Positions 11,678 through 24,451 are shown, numbered from the stretch's first letter. The stretch is DNA of 64,000 bases from Octopus sinensis (GCF_006345805.1 NC_042997.1:160580001-160644000); one strand, 5' to 3'. Program-made: numbers and translations. The notes: a model not told the origin generated them from the letters alone.

Positions 11678-13030
11678 AGACAAGCATATACAGACACACA
11701 TGTATGTGCATATATGTGTATATGCATACATAAATACATACATACATACCTACACACACACACTCACGCACACACACAGATATATATATATATATATCTA
11801 CATCAATGTGGAACGAGGAAAATGATTTGTGAACACCGCATTGGTTGATATAATTTCTTTATTTTTTGAATTAAAGCTAACATTGGTTTCATAATAAAAA
11901 ATTAGGAAAATATCCTAGAGCCTTAATAATTTTTCAAGCTGATCACATAGAGAAAGTTGTTTGCCTCCATTTTGGAACACACACTCAGATATATATATAT
12001 ATATATATATTAAAGAGACCGATAGAATGTACAAAGTTTACAAAATATACTTTTTTGCTGGAAATAGTTAGAAACCGTCGGTCTGGGAAATAGTTGAGAT
12101 GGTAAACGTTTTTAATTTTCATCCCTTCGTGAATTTATCCTTTTTTGAGGTCTTGAGATTTCTACTGCTGTTTCTAGCACAACGCTTTCCTATTTGGAAG
12201 CCTCTTACTGTATTTCTATATGAATAATATATAGTCTAATGAGTAATTCGTTTTTGTGCTAGGCCACTGGTAATAATAATTTATTATTACCTTATTTTAT
12301 TATGTTTAAATATTGTTTGGTATACATACTTACATACATATATAAATATGAGTGCGTGTGTGTGTGTGTATACACGTGTGAAATTTGACTGGTGACCATC
12401 GCTGCTGCCATCTACGGTTGTTATTAGCTTAAGAGGCAGAGATAAATATGGCTTGCTAAGAAATAAGAGGTGAGGATAAATTTCCCTCAAGAGGAGAGAA
12501 TCGCTGAGATATATATATATATATTTATATATATATTGTATACTTATGTTATGCTTCTATATAATTCATTCGTATTTGTTTTTCTTGTTTTTGTAAGTAG
12601 ATGCAGATAAATTTAAATTTATTTCGTTCTAAATTGGAACTTATCAATGCACCACAACTTAGTATAAAACTACATGCTCATATAAAACAATATATATCGT
12701 AGAATTATTGCTATTATTATATTTATCCTTAGCTTCGGTTGACAGTGAATATTCCAGCTTCTTTCTATGTGTTGTCCACTTCTATCATATCATTGTCAGT
12801 ATGCTTCACAAAGTTATTCGTCGTTTTCCTTTTCTCTTATTTTCACCGGGGCTGAGACCTCGAGTAAATTTCCTGGCATTAAACTTTTCAATAACCACAA
12901 TAAAATTGTTACTCAACAACTGTTTTGAGTCCGTCATTCTTTTTCCTTATACACACACACATACGCACAAACACACACACATATATATATTTACACACAT
13001 ACATATATATGTCTGTATGTATATATATAT

Positions 13031-13105
<75 letters not shown>

Positions 13106-13849
13106 GCGTGTTTCAGTGTACATGTATGCGAGTGTCTGCTTTTGTGTGTATTTGTGGGTGTGCTTCTATGTGTCTGTGTGGGATTGAGAAACATACTATG
13201 ATTCTGGAAGTTTTTACTGATATAATTTATCTATCATATGAAATGCATCCAGGAGGGTGCCTCTTTGTTAATTTCGACTGCAAATTTGTTTTATGCTCCA
13301 GTTTAAATAAACACACAGTTGTATGAGAGTTTCAAAGCCCACAGCATTCGGTTTTATATCTACACACAATCTAGCCAACCACCGAAAATCATGACCCATA
13401 TATTAATAAGCATCAGCTACAGGATAAAATCACTGTAATCTGACGAAGCTACATTTAAGAAGGCTGCATAGGATTACAATGAGGTAACCTTACCAATACA
13501 GTAGCGGTGCACAAGAGCAGTGTTACAAAATATTTCTAATTTCTCATCACTAAACAATTCCTGAATGGTCGTAAATTCAAAGCCTCTCCAACTAAACTTT
13601 GCAATCTATTGGGCTTCTGCTGCACAAAAACAATGTCAAACATCACTAAAGGCCACATTGCAAACATATTGTAATCAAGCGTAAGGTAAAGAAAGGGTTA
13701 CACAATTGCCGAATCATAGAATCTTATCCCACAAAGAGTAAAATTATTGAGAAAAACTCTTATGATGTATACTTCGACAACATATGAACATGCAGTATAG
13801 GTTCTCAAAGAATCACATTTCTCAGTAGAATATTTTGTCCCTCCATCCA

Positions 13850-15130
13850 CACATAGAAAATGCTAGATTTTGGTAAAGTATGTTTCTCAGAAAGCAAATT
13901 ACAAAAGAGAAACAAGCAACATTTCATTGGCGCAGGCACAGGCTTTAAGGACGGATTAAAACACTGCGATTCCTGTATTTAAGAGAGATTTCACATAATT
14001 TCCCTCTCATCTAAATGCTTATTAAAAGAAAAAGAGGGAACTAACTTCGACTTGATGATACATGCCTGAATATCCCTTTACAGTTTTCTATTTGGGTTTA
14101 GTTAATACTAAAACTTTCAATGCTAAAAACGAAAACAAAATTGAATGGAATTGACATCAACAATCCGACCAATAACTCACTGTGATGAGATTCCTGTACC
14201 AGTTTTTTATAGGGATTAGTGATCTAGATAAGGAAGATATACATGAGTCAGATGACGAATTTCTAGGCAATGAACACTGGATTATAAGTTACATTGACGA
14301 ATGCTTTTGAAAGCAATTTTCACAAAGTGAATGGATTGACTTGTTTTATGATTTAGAGACTTTGGTTGACAGGAGTATAATTATATTCCTGCCACTTCGT
14401 ATTAAGTTGGGTTTCCTGATGTAATTTGTGAAAGTGCTTGAAAAGAAAGGGGATTGCTTTCAATATATTAATAAAGTCTTTCCAGGAATTAACGGAGTTA
14501 AGTTGAAAGCTGATATTTTCGATCAAGCCACAAATAGGCTGTCAGAGATCCTTATTTTTCACTTTGTATGAACGTGTTTGAAACAACAAACAAGAATGCG
14601 TCTGTATAGATAATAACATAACGATTTAATTCACAGTTTTCATGTCCCTGATTATAACATGAGTATTAATGTGGTTTTTTTTGTTCAGCCATTTGGCAAG
14701 ATTTCTTGAATAACAGTGTAACTTAAACAGTGAACAAGGTGAACGTTTCCGCAGGGATATTAAAACGATGGAGAAAAGTTACCATGGGATACCGTTGTGA
14801 TAACAGGTTTTTGATGGTGTTTGAAAGGCGCTCATAGCAAAATTTCTCACCGTTGAAGATCAAATAACACATTTTTACCATTAAAAAATAGGATGAACAC
14901 TTAGAGTCAATTATATGAGTACTTTGGTTTCGCAAAATTAATTGTTAATTATTAGTGAGTTTGTATTTTATCGTCCTGTAAAGAAGTTCAACCTGAGATT
15001 CATTCTGCGGCATAAATAACATTTTTTTTCTATATATTGTTTTTTCGTAGCGAACCATCCAGGCATGATGGGATAAAATTAAGGGGTTTTATGAAATAAG
15101 CACATCGGAATTGGAGAAAGAGAGCCACTG
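13850..15130 (+). mobile_element. Chapaev3-like (CMC) DNA transposase fossil
   Basis: Residual motifs LPLRIKLGFLM*FVKVLEKKGDCFQYI..FPGI..KLKADIFD and EQGERFRRDIKTMEKSYHG, recalled as the PPLHIKLG / AGIFDGPQIR / SDEQGERFHQD pattern. Duplicate at ~62140-63420. Confidence 0.65.
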
Positions 15131-15303
15131 TGTGTTCATTTCATCAAATCTAAATAGCAACCAGTTAGCGATTAAATCATTCTTTACATTAGAAATTATT
15201 GGATCATACACTAGATAATGCAGTTAAAAATTACTCCACACCTTCCACATAAAAGATAGGATGGTCACAGAATACCATTGATTATATATACATCGATCTA
15301 TGG

Positions 15304-15354
<51 letters not shown>

Positions 15355-15355
15355 A

Positions 15356-15388
<33 letters not shown>

Positions 15389-16297
15389 ATATATATTAAT
15401 GTATAAACAAAATTTTGTGTGTATGTGTGTGTGTGATTATGTGCGTGCGAGCGTGCGCGCGTATGTTCCTTATGGATTCGAAAACTGAAGACCCGGGTTT
15501 GACGTAAGAGGTATTTTTGCAAAATAGAAAAAACTATTTTTCATAAAATATTTGATGGGTAGGCCAATGATGAGGTAATATTCAGTCTTAGAGAAATCGG
15601 TAAATAGTATATTACTTTTTAAGTTTTGGTAAAAAAGTCCTCTTAGTGGAATGAAAATTTATACTCAACCAATATAATATAATATAATAAACAATAAATA
15701 TTAGATACAAATTTCAACTGTTTCGATTTTTACCCATAATAAAATTATAAAAACCATTGTTTGTGGGTAAGAATCACTTCGGTGTAATTTTTGAAACGTG
15801 AGGATTCACAGATCCAAGAGAAGACTGAATGGATTTAAATATATTTGTTTTCAAGCGTGGGCGTCAATAATTAAAAACGAAATCAATGATAACAAATAAA
15901 ATATGAACGGTCATAAAATATATTTGCATATTATTAAGTAATTTAATCTAAATATATCTTAGCGCATTAGTTTTTTTAAAAAATACCAGGAACAATATTT
16001 TAAAAATATTTAAAAAATATCTTTTAAAAACCATGCTGGAATAAAAAATATCCCTTTCATTCTTCCATATTATTAAAAAATTCATGTTATTAAAATAACA
16101 ATACGTTATTTGGCTAAGGGTAAATTGCAAAATAATGTATTTAAAGTACTTTATCTCTAGTCAAATAGTAAATAATATTATGAATTACATTGCATTAATT
16201 TATTTATAATAATCATTACTAAAGACCAAAGATTAATAATTAAAAATTACGTAGTCTATATAAGAAAGTACAGCTCTATATTTAAGAGATGTGGAAT

Positions 16298-16690
16298 TAC
16301 GTACATTATTTATATTTGACGGATATTTGTTCTCGTTTTGGTTGTTGTTAACAGAACGTTTCGGCTGATATACTCTCCAGCCTTCATTAGGTGTCTTGGG
16401 GTAATTTTGAACCTGGGTTCTCATTCCTAAGGTATTTTTTCATGTTGTTGTTATTATTATTATTATTATCATTATTATTAAGATCACAGCCTGGAATCGA
16501 ACTCTGAATCTTGGGGTTAGTAGCCCGCGTTCTTAACCACTACGTCAATATAAAAAAAAAACCTTAGGAATGAGAACCCAGGTTCAAAATTTCCCCAATA
16601 CACCTGATGAAAGTTAGAGGGTATATCAGCCGAAAAGTGTTAACAATAAACAAGATGAGAACAAGTATCCTTCCAATATAAATAATGTAA
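16298..16690. mobile_element. tRNA-headed short element (minus, 16546 to 16298) with an inverted partial copy (plus, 16560-16690); hammerhead-like tail
   Basis: 16298-16435 is the reverse complement of 16560-16690. The minus strand of 16480-16546 has A-box TAGTGGTTAAG and B-box GAGTTCGATTCC. Confidence 0.8.
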
Positions 16691-16884
16691 ATATTGCATA
16701 TAAGAAAGTAGTTTTCTAAAAAATATTATCATAGAAATTAAATCAACGCTGAATTAACTAGTTATCCATAAGAAATTTAATCATAAACACAACATAACTG
16801 TCATTTTGATAATGACTCATTTCCATACAAAAATATTGTTAAAATTAATGTTGAAATTTTTAGAGGAAAAAAATTACGGGTATA

Positions 16885-17610
16885 AAGATATACCGTGTGA
16901 TAGTTTTTTTAAATTGATGTAAAATTGTAAAAAATTATTATATGCAATAATCCATTATATTCATATTCAAAATCCGCCATATTATCTTGTATTCCAGTAT
17001 AGTTCATATAGTTAGTTTAGAAATGTGAAAATTGTATATACTTTAGTATGAGAATCTTGAAATTCATATGTCTTCTTGGTAATTGAATTAAATTTAAAAA
17101 TCTAAGATATTAATTAGTATCTTCCAATTATAAAAATATAAAAGAAATACTGTGACCAGTTTATAGTTTTACGATTTCATAGCTTCAAATATAATTTAAA
17201 ATATAATTTGATTTTGAATTATGAACTATATTTGGATTACCGGATAATATAATGAATTTTATACAAAAATATTATGGATTGCTACAGAAGAATTACCAAG
17301 ACAAAAGTGTCATGGATTGCTACAGAGGAGTTACCAAGAAGACATAGGAATTTCAAGATTCTCATACTAAAGTATATACAATTTTCACATTTCTAAACTA
17401 CCTATATGGACTACACTGGAATACAAGATAATATGGCGGATTTTGAGTATGAATATTATGGATTATCGCAATAGAATAACCAAGGAAATATATATGGATT
17501 TAAAGACTCTCATCAAAAGTAGTAATTTTTAATTTTTATTTTACATCTCAAACAAACACCATTTTACAATTTTACTTCAAATTTAAAAAAAGCTATCATT
17601 CGATATATTA
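16885..17610. repeat. Long inverted repeat directly upstream of the hammerhead
   Basis: 16950-17085 reverse-complements 17330-17465, and 16885-16935 matches 17550-17610. There is a short internal tandem ATGGATTGCTACAGA.G..TTACCAAGA at ~17273-17342. Confidence 0.85.
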
Positions 17611-17628
17611 TACAATATTCATATTTTA

Positions 17629-17720
17629 TATCTCTGAAGAGCAGAAGGGTTGTCTATAAATGCTTATCGATATAGGATTTCATTATAGGTACAACTCTTC
17701 TGCGAAACGATCGTAAGATG
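17629..17720 (+). ncRNA. Type I hammerhead ribozyme (Penelope-like minimal type)
   Basis: Stem I TATCT/AGATG, core CTGAAGA (17634-17640), 13-bp stem II GCAGAAGGGTTGT/ACAACTCTTCTGC, GAAA (17704-17707), palindromic stem III AC-GATC-GT, cleavage triplet GUA (17713-17715). Confidence 0.8.
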
Positions 17721-18072
17721 CTTAAATAATTTATTCAAAATTTTTAAACTATCAAATTTATTTTATACATTATATTTATATTTATTTATATAGATTTTAA
17801 TACAATAATTTCTTTCACACGGGTATATATTTATGATGAGTTTGGATATTAATTTCCTTATATTAATAATAATAATATATTATTAAAAAATATATGTATA
17901 TATCGCTCGTATTAAATATAAAAATACTTTAAGAGTATTAATATTTTTATACAATGGAGCACTCAATAGAAATTCAGCATATAATATTCTTATTGATATA
18001 CTGATGTATATATATATATATATATATATACATATATAATGCCTATAGACATACACATACAACAGTAAATAA

Positions 18073-18450
18073 TGCAGATAACCGAACTGTGGAAAATATT
18101 TTATCCTAAGAGAAGGATCGGAGATTCGTTTCAATCATGGACAACTCACTCTTCACAAACAAAAACTTCACTTGTACTTTTGAAAACGTAATCAGTGCTA
18201 TAACATCAGTGGGATGTGAAGGATGTTACATTTCTCAGACAGCACACACTTTAAGACAATGCAGAACTCTGCATAGATTGCAAATTTAAATACGGGAACA
18301 CAGAAAAATAGGTCTCAGATAAAATACAAACATATATACAGGTGAGAAACAACCAAACTTTATGATTTTCCATCTGCATTTTAGTGATAATATAAAGCAA
18401 CAACAACGTGTCAACGTGACAGAAAAGAAAATACCACCACCAACACAACT
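18073..18450 (+). pseudogene. Penelope-like element GIY-YIG endonuclease remnant with upstream Cys linker
   Basis: Manual translation CR*PNCGKYFILREGSEIRFNHGQ (frameshift) KNFTCTFENVISAITSVGCEGCYISQTAHTLRQCRTLHRLQI*, a degenerate VIY..C..C..YIGQT..LR.R..HR pattern. Confidence 0.7.
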
Positions 18451-19829
18451 GCCGCTTCTACAAAAATCACCAAACTGCTAAGGTTATAATGGCAAATAAT
18501 ATACACACCGAGAGCCCTATCCGCTCAAAGAGTATAAAACACGCTCTAAATTGCCGTCCAGTACTTCCTAATTCAAACCCTTATATCAAATTAGTCACGA
18601 AAAAATGTTGTTCATCCTTCAGCGCATAATAGATTTTATTTTACTTTGTCAATATATTATGCAGTGAATACGCTTACACATTACATGTATAGTTGCCCAC
18701 ATGCAACTTGCATGAGTTAGCCATGAGCAATGTTATGTGAGGAAACAATATCGCATTAGAAATCATTATTAAACAATGCTATTATATACTTATTTATTGA
18801 ATGTCAACTTCGGATGATAATTTGTGGAGATAACTTTTAAGAAAGAAGTGAGAAAGGCCAGGTAAAAAAAGTAAGAAAAGTCAATGTTTAAAACGCATGT
18901 GTCTGCTATCAGTAATCGATGAAGATCATGACATCAGCTACGAGTTAAAGTGGGATTTTATACGTTAATACATGTTTAATAAGAAGCAATGTGAGTTAGA
19001 AATATCGTTCAGGTCAAGGAATATGTAGTTTATGGATTATATGTCTTTCCCCACAAGAAAGCATGCAAAGGCCCTATTCTTAGACATATGTTCCTAGTCT
19101 CTTTGCAAATGCTCATGGTTTTCCCTGTTGCTTTTACCAATAATCATAGAACGTTTTCCTTTTAGGTGACTGTTGACTTCTCTATTTGAAGTACCATGGA
19201 TTAATTGCTTGGATGCACATAGTATTCACGCAGGTCCATTACCTAAAAGACACATAACAAAAAGAAAAAGAAAAACATAAAATAACAAATGGAAGAAGTG
19301 TCCACAGAAGGAAGTGGAAAAGTGGATTAACTCTTAGTGTATCTCTCGTGTTGAAAACCTGCCTAGAATATATTCTATATAAATAATAACGACAAAAGTT
19401 TAAACAACAGTCGTGTCAAGAATGCCTCTCCTACGTTGCAATAAAACTACCAGACAAATACATACTTATGCGTCTTATTTCTTATTTGAGAACAACGGAG
19501 ATATTAATAAAACCTAACTCATCTTTAGTTTTTGCCTTCCAGAATAACTTTGAATGCGTTGTGATGAAAGTGAAGAGAAAGGTAACTACAATCCTGGAGT
19601 AAACCTATCTGTGGAAATAATAGCCACATCAGAAGTATTTAGGACTATCTCCGTTAAGAGCTCAAGACTACATAAATTTACCTTAATATTGCAGATCAGA
19701 AAGCTTTGATATTTTATGAGAAAGGAATGAGTCTTAGAGACTCCAATTTACAAAACAAAACAATACAATATAATTTATAACTCTGCACGAACCAGCTTCT
19801 AAAATCCCCATAACTGTGTATTATAATCT

Positions 19830-21530
19830 ACAGTCTTTGTATTACAGTCAATGTACGGGCATCTGGCGAAATAAATGGTGTCCTGCCACATGAAGAGAAA
19901 GGTTGCAAGCTGAAAAGCAAAGGTAGCAAGGATGGACTCCTGGTAAACAAAACTGTACTTAGAGACTGCAAGATGAGGAAAACTAAATTGGCCATGACAT
20001 GGATCGATTACCGTAAAGCGCACAATATGATCACACATTCTTGGAATGCATGAACCTATTACGTATTGCATCGAATGTTGAGCGATTGCTTGGAAAAAGT
20101 ATGACGAATTGGAGGACGGAACTGACAGCATATGGAAGACGTTTAGGTACAATAGGAATCAGGAGATGCATCTTCCAAGGGGATTCCCTGTCCCTACTGA
20201 TCTTTGTAATGTGCATAGTACCACTAACACTGATTCTGGGGAAGGCAAAGGCTGGGTATGTATTCAAGAGCAACCGACACAATGTCAACCACTTGTGATT
20301 CATGGATGAACTCAAACTTTATGGTAAAGATGAACCACAAGACAGTTCCCTCGTTGATACGGTTTATACTTTCAGTACTGATATCAGAATAAAGCTCGGA
20401 CAGAAAGAGTGGATAGCGGCGTGTTAGTGTTGAAGAGAGGCAAAATCAAATGTATGGACGGGGAGGTCATGAAGCCGATAGAAGAGACGGACTATAAGTG
20501 CTTGGGGATATTGGAAATGGATAATGTGATGGAGGAAGAAATGACAGAAAAAATTGAGTTGGAGTACTTGCGCAGACTGATACTGATCCCTAAGTCGAAA
20601 TTAAGCAGACGGAATAAGATTGAAGCTATCAAAACCTGGGCAGTTTCACTACTTAGCTATGAAGCAGAGGTAATCGCATGAACAGCAGATGAACTAAACA
20701 GGTTAGACAGACAGAAAAGAATGCATGGAAAATTTGCTAGGGATGTGGAAGATAAGACAGACAGAGAAACAAGATGACTATGGATGACTAAAAGTGATTT
20801 AAAATGGGAAACGGAGGCTCTAATCTATGCTGCCTAAGAACAATCGTTAAGAACGAATTACATCAAATACAGAATAGACAACACATCAGAAAGTGATAAG
20901 TGCAGAATCTGTAGACAAAATGGTGAAACCGTATGGCATATTACCAGTCAATGTACGCCACTATCCCAGAAAGAATATAAGAGATCTCATGACAATATAA
21001 CAAGGTTTGTCTATTAGACACTTTGCAATAAGTATGAACTTGACAGAACAGAAAAAGTGGTACGACCATAAACCCGAAGGCATCATCGAAAATGATAATG
21101 TAAAGATCCTATTGGATTTTATGATTCAGTGCCACCCCAAGAAAGCCAGACATATTTGAGAAAAAGTGCAAACGATGCTAGATCATAGATATAGCATGCC
21201 CAGCTGACAAGGTATGCGATAAGGAAGAAAGAAAAGTCCATAGATATGACAGGCTGGCTAAGGGGGTTAAGCTGTTGTGGCCGATGAAGAAGGTGGTAGT
21301 TGTACCAATACCTGCCGGAGCACTGGAAACACCGAGTAAAAATCTTCAGAAGTACATGGAAAAATAGGGGCTGCGATAAGGGTGGACTACTTGCAGAAAA
21401 CAGCACTGCTTGAAACCGCTCGAATACTCTTGATTGTGATCGAAAAATAAAAAGGTTTTACCTTAGTTCAGAGGTAGTGAACAGGTGGCACTGTAGTATA
21501 TCTCCAGCGTAAGAAGCTGTGCAAAGACGA
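19830..21530 (+). mobile_element. Old Dong/R4-like RLE LINE (RT to 3' end)
   Basis: IRRCIFQGDSLSLLIF, NHL.FMDELKLYGK and CRIC..GET.WHITSQC motifs with many lesions; ends in a compound trinucleotide tract. Confidence 0.85.
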
Positions 21531-21693
21531 CAACAACAACAACAACAACAATAATAATAATAACAACAACAACAACAACGATAACAACAACAACAATGAT
21601 AACAGCAACAACAACGATAACAACAATAACAACAATAACAACAATAATAATAATAACAATAATAATAATAATAATAATAATAACAATAATAAC

Positions 21694-21725
<32 letters not shown>

Positions 21726-21769
21726 TAATAATAATGATAATAATAATGATAATAATAATAATAATGATA

Positions 21770-21818
<49 letters not shown>

Positions 21819-21855
21819 CGACGATGATGATGATGACGACGACGACGACGACGAC

Positions 21856-21911
<56 letters not shown>

Positions 21912-21960
21912 CGATGATGAGACGACGACGACGACGACGACGATGATGATGCTGATGATG
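21530..21960. repeat. Compound trinucleotide microsatellite (CAA)(TAA)(GAT)(GAC)
   Basis: Directly visible. Confidence 0.97.
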
Positions 21961-23302
21961 AGTGTTTTATCTTTCCGAAGAAGGGAAAAGATTCATCAGA
22001 AGACCAAACTAGGTGCAGAAAGAAATTATGGGAGACTGCTAATCAATTAGTGTATATCAAATAGGATGATGCAAAGTGGATTTCAGATAAATTTTAAAAA
22101 GCATGATGTTCACGCACCACTCGAACCATAAGGCATGAACTACTACACGCAAGCGTTTGCATACGCACCCACACAGACACGCCCATACAGACACACCCAC
22201 AAAGATAGACAGACACACACACATACGCACACGATAATCTCACACACACGCTGTGCATAGCCCATCACACACATATGCACAGGTCCATACACAGACACCA
22301 CTCACACACAAATACACGAAACGCGCATCGCTCCGCAAAACGCACGCACTAGGTTATTTATACACATGCACACCCTCCCATACGCACATACAGGTCCATC
22401 CGATTACTCACGCACAAATATACACGATAGCCTCACACGCATACACTAGCCCGTACGTACGCACACACATGCGCGCGAATACACGAAATGCACATCTCTC
22501 CACACAAGCCTTGTACTAGGTTACTTATAAACTTGTACACACACGCCCTCATTCACACATACATTGACACATGCACGATCAACGCATATGCACAGGCGCT
22601 TTCACACAACCGTTTTGATCCGGTCATCTCATCATACTGAACCATTATTCCCTAGACATTTTTTTCTCCCCCGCCCCTTTTTTTCGTTCTCTCTCCATCT
22701 TTTTCATCTCAATCCTTTCTGTCGAAGAGCGTAAACTCAAACGGTTAAAGACGTTTCCTCTTTTTCTCGAGCGTTAAACTAATACGCCTGCTTATCATTC
22801 CCTCAAACCTTTTCAGACTTTGTTTTGTGTAAAACTGAACCATATGACATGTACACTCATACACACATGCGCATGTACACACATACACGGACACACATAC
22901 ACACATACACAGAGACAAGCATATACAGAGACACACACTTATGTATGTGTATATGTGTATATGCATACATACATAAATACATACATATATATACATATAT
23001 ATATATACGCACAAAGACAGACAGACAAACACACCACACAAACTCACACACACAAACTCACACACATATTACAATAGGGTAAGAGAAAAAGAGCAAGAGG
23101 GATGATAAAAGGTCATCATAAAAGAAATTAAAGCAACAGAAAACCGGCTTACACAGTCATTACACAGCACATACTCCACACGCGCATATACACATATAGG
23201 ATGGTTATAATTGATAATTTTTACGGTTTTAAATTTAGGCAAATATATCTATGTGTATCTGTGTATTTATATATGTTTGTATATATGCATATATATACAT
23301 AC

Positions 23303-23367
<65 letters not shown>

Positions 23368-23389
23368 TGAGACAATTATTCGGTAGCCA

Positions 23390-23452
23390 TGATAAAACTC
23401 CCAGTTTCGGATGCCGAAATGGAAATCCACGCCACCATCTCTTCAGTTATCA
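23390..23452 (-). ncRNA. Type I hammerhead-like ribozyme motif
   Basis: Minus strand TGATAA-CTGAAGA-GATG..CATC-C-GAA-ACT-GGG-AGT-T-TTATCA: 6-bp stem I, intact core, 3-bp stem III, GUU triplet, one extra C before GAAA. Confidence 0.55.
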
Positions 23453-24451
23453 GACCATCGGAAAAATGCTATGAAAAATGACCGTTATACAAAGGGAAAT
23501 TACTGTGTGATTGACCGTTTTTAAGACAAAAGAGCTATTTCAATGAGCGCTAAGTGAGGGAAGAGAGCGAATGTAAGGGGGTAAAAAGTCCATAGTATTC
23601 GCGTAAGCGCGCATGTTCATACCTTCACACGCGGGCCCGCACCCCCACGTGCGTGCGCCTAAAAGTATACATTCATCTAAGGGAGTGTACAAAGAGTCAA
23701 CCATACCCGTATCCACGCACACACACACGCCTACATACGCACATACATGCACACGTCTATATACGCACACACACACACGCACGCACAAAAAAGATCATAC
23801 ATACGTCTATACACAAGAAAAAACAAGGTTAGGTGCAAAAATACAGGAAAATGTGTAAAAACACAGAGTAAAACATGTCTTTTATACGCACATACTCGCA
23901 TGCACTCACACGCGTACACATCTATATACACACACACCAGCACGCACGCACACATACACACGCGCGCACAAAATATTTCATATACAAGTCTATATACGCA
24001 CAGGAAAAACAGGGTTGACGGTAGAATACAGAAAAATTATGTGTAAAAAAAATATCAGCAATAAACCTATAAGCCAAGTATAAAAAATATTTTTTTAAAT
24101 ATACAAGGAATTAAAGTAAAATGTACAAAGAAGTAAAAAGCTTGTGCGTTGAAACAATATAGAAAGCAAGTTTTTTGTTGTAGTCTTGGGGGAACCAAAA
24201 ATGTAACAAATATTTGGCCACATTTGGCCATGACCGAAAAGTTCAGTTCTTGAATGCAGACATGTAGCGGGGTCTAAATTGCATGTCTGAATATATATAT
24301 GTATATATATATATATTAAGGTATGTAGAAAAATACAACATGGACAAGAACGTATAACTCATAGAAGACGATACAATAAACATGGACAGGACATTCGAAC
24401 CCCTCAGTCTTCAGTCAAGAACCGGATCATCGTAGTAATTTCGGCTGATTA

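Larger units (their letters stand above)
1..15709 (+). repeat. Segmental duplication, copy 1 (left end outside window)
   Basis: Base 1 GGGATTAATTAAAACG matches 48820; 15709 matches 64000. Paired identical ORFs throughout (offsets 48819 falling to 48290). Confidence 0.97.

Noticed and set aside
12222-12275. TAGT-CTAATGA motif shared with ~40205-40265
   Set aside because: The two loci are clearly related repeats, but the core is mutated and GAAA is absent.
16480-16546. tRNA gene
   Set aside because: No acceptor stem or complete cloverleaf; treated as a SINE head.
18120-18160. Minus-strand GTGAAGAG...GAAAC resembling a hammerhead
   Set aside because: No stems form, and it is better explained as plus-strand PLE coding sequence.
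19543-19581. 39-nt segment with good acceptor and donor (NNFECVVMKVKRK)
   Set aside because: No partner exons or recognisable domain; it could be chance. RNA-seq is needed.
22715-22750. Hammerhead-like CTTT-CTGTCGA-AGAGCGTAAACTC-AAACGG-TT-AAAG, with a related minus-strand fragment at ~40770-40895
   Set aside because: The core A6 is replaced and GAAA is lost in one copy; the other is truncated before the core. At most a dead relative.
24385-24430. Minus-strand CTGAAGA...GAA motif
   Set aside because: Stems I and II cannot be formed.
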